Source: a virus
Lineage: Duplodnaviria > Heunggongvirae > Uroviricota > Caudoviricetes
Strand: one strand, 5' to 3'
Virus record (IMG/VR): IMGVR_UViG_3300028914_000001
Coordinates: 349,489-413,488 of that record
DNA length: 64,000 nt
Part shown: positions 63,969 to 64,000 of the stretch, in pieces
How positions within the stretch are numbered: position 1 is the stretch's first letter
Layout: every line of letters starts with the position of its first letter
Translations under genes and position numbers: made by a program
The notes under the pieces: generated by a model
Told to the model about the DNA's origin: nothing
The model's database searches: none
The model's input: only the letters and a program-made list of their open reading frames with translations

Positions 63969-64000
63969 TATCGACCCCCTGCTCCAAGAAAGCAGGAACG

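Noticed and set aside
1-64000. Stop-codon reassignment, as in some large gut phages
   Set aside because: Known genes are full length in code 11, and TAA, TAG and TGA all end genes tightly abutting the next start
1-64000. Specific host assignment
   Set aside because: Gene content hints at an anaerobic gut/rumen diderm host, but nothing in the window is diagnostic without a database search

Overview
Gene-dense 64-kb segment of a large lytic dsDNA bacteriophage (T4-like/jumbo-phage type), standard genetic code. No tRNA, rRNA or CRISPR array was seen. All family calls are by-eye motif recognition, not database searches. Recognisable genes: a T4/RB69-type family B DNA polymerase; a MoxR-type AAA+ ATPase with two DUF2201-like vWA partners; two PD-(D/E)XK nucleases; tRNA end-processing enzymes (CCA-adding enzyme with HD domain, Thg1-like 3'-5' polymerase); a calcineurin-like phosphoesterase; an AT-rich glycan-modification operon (2x DUF4422, HAD+kinase, cytidylyltransferase, DUF1919) with a divergent PQ-loop transporter; and two more glycosyltransferases. 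Around these lie long arrays of small hypothetical genes. Two promoter classes can be read from the DNA: about 16 sigma70-like promoters (TTGACA/TTGCCA-N17-TATATT) and a putative late motif TATAAACT found 8 times, 26-33 nt upstream of a start codon. The late motif marks large, probably virion-packaged proteins, three of which share an N-terminal leader peptide. Best novelty candidates: (1) the late regulon and shared leader, including an ART-fold polyprotein with an internal promoter; (2) a Kennedy-pathway-like import/phosphorylate/CDP-activate/transfer cassette on a palindromic late promoter; (3) a small protein carrying a mimic of the T4 gp23 Gol peptide; (4) MoxR plus two vWA proteins that have both lost the HEXXH motif; (5) a ribosomal-S3-like KH protein alongside tRNA-repair enzymes. 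GATC and CGCG appear to be avoided.
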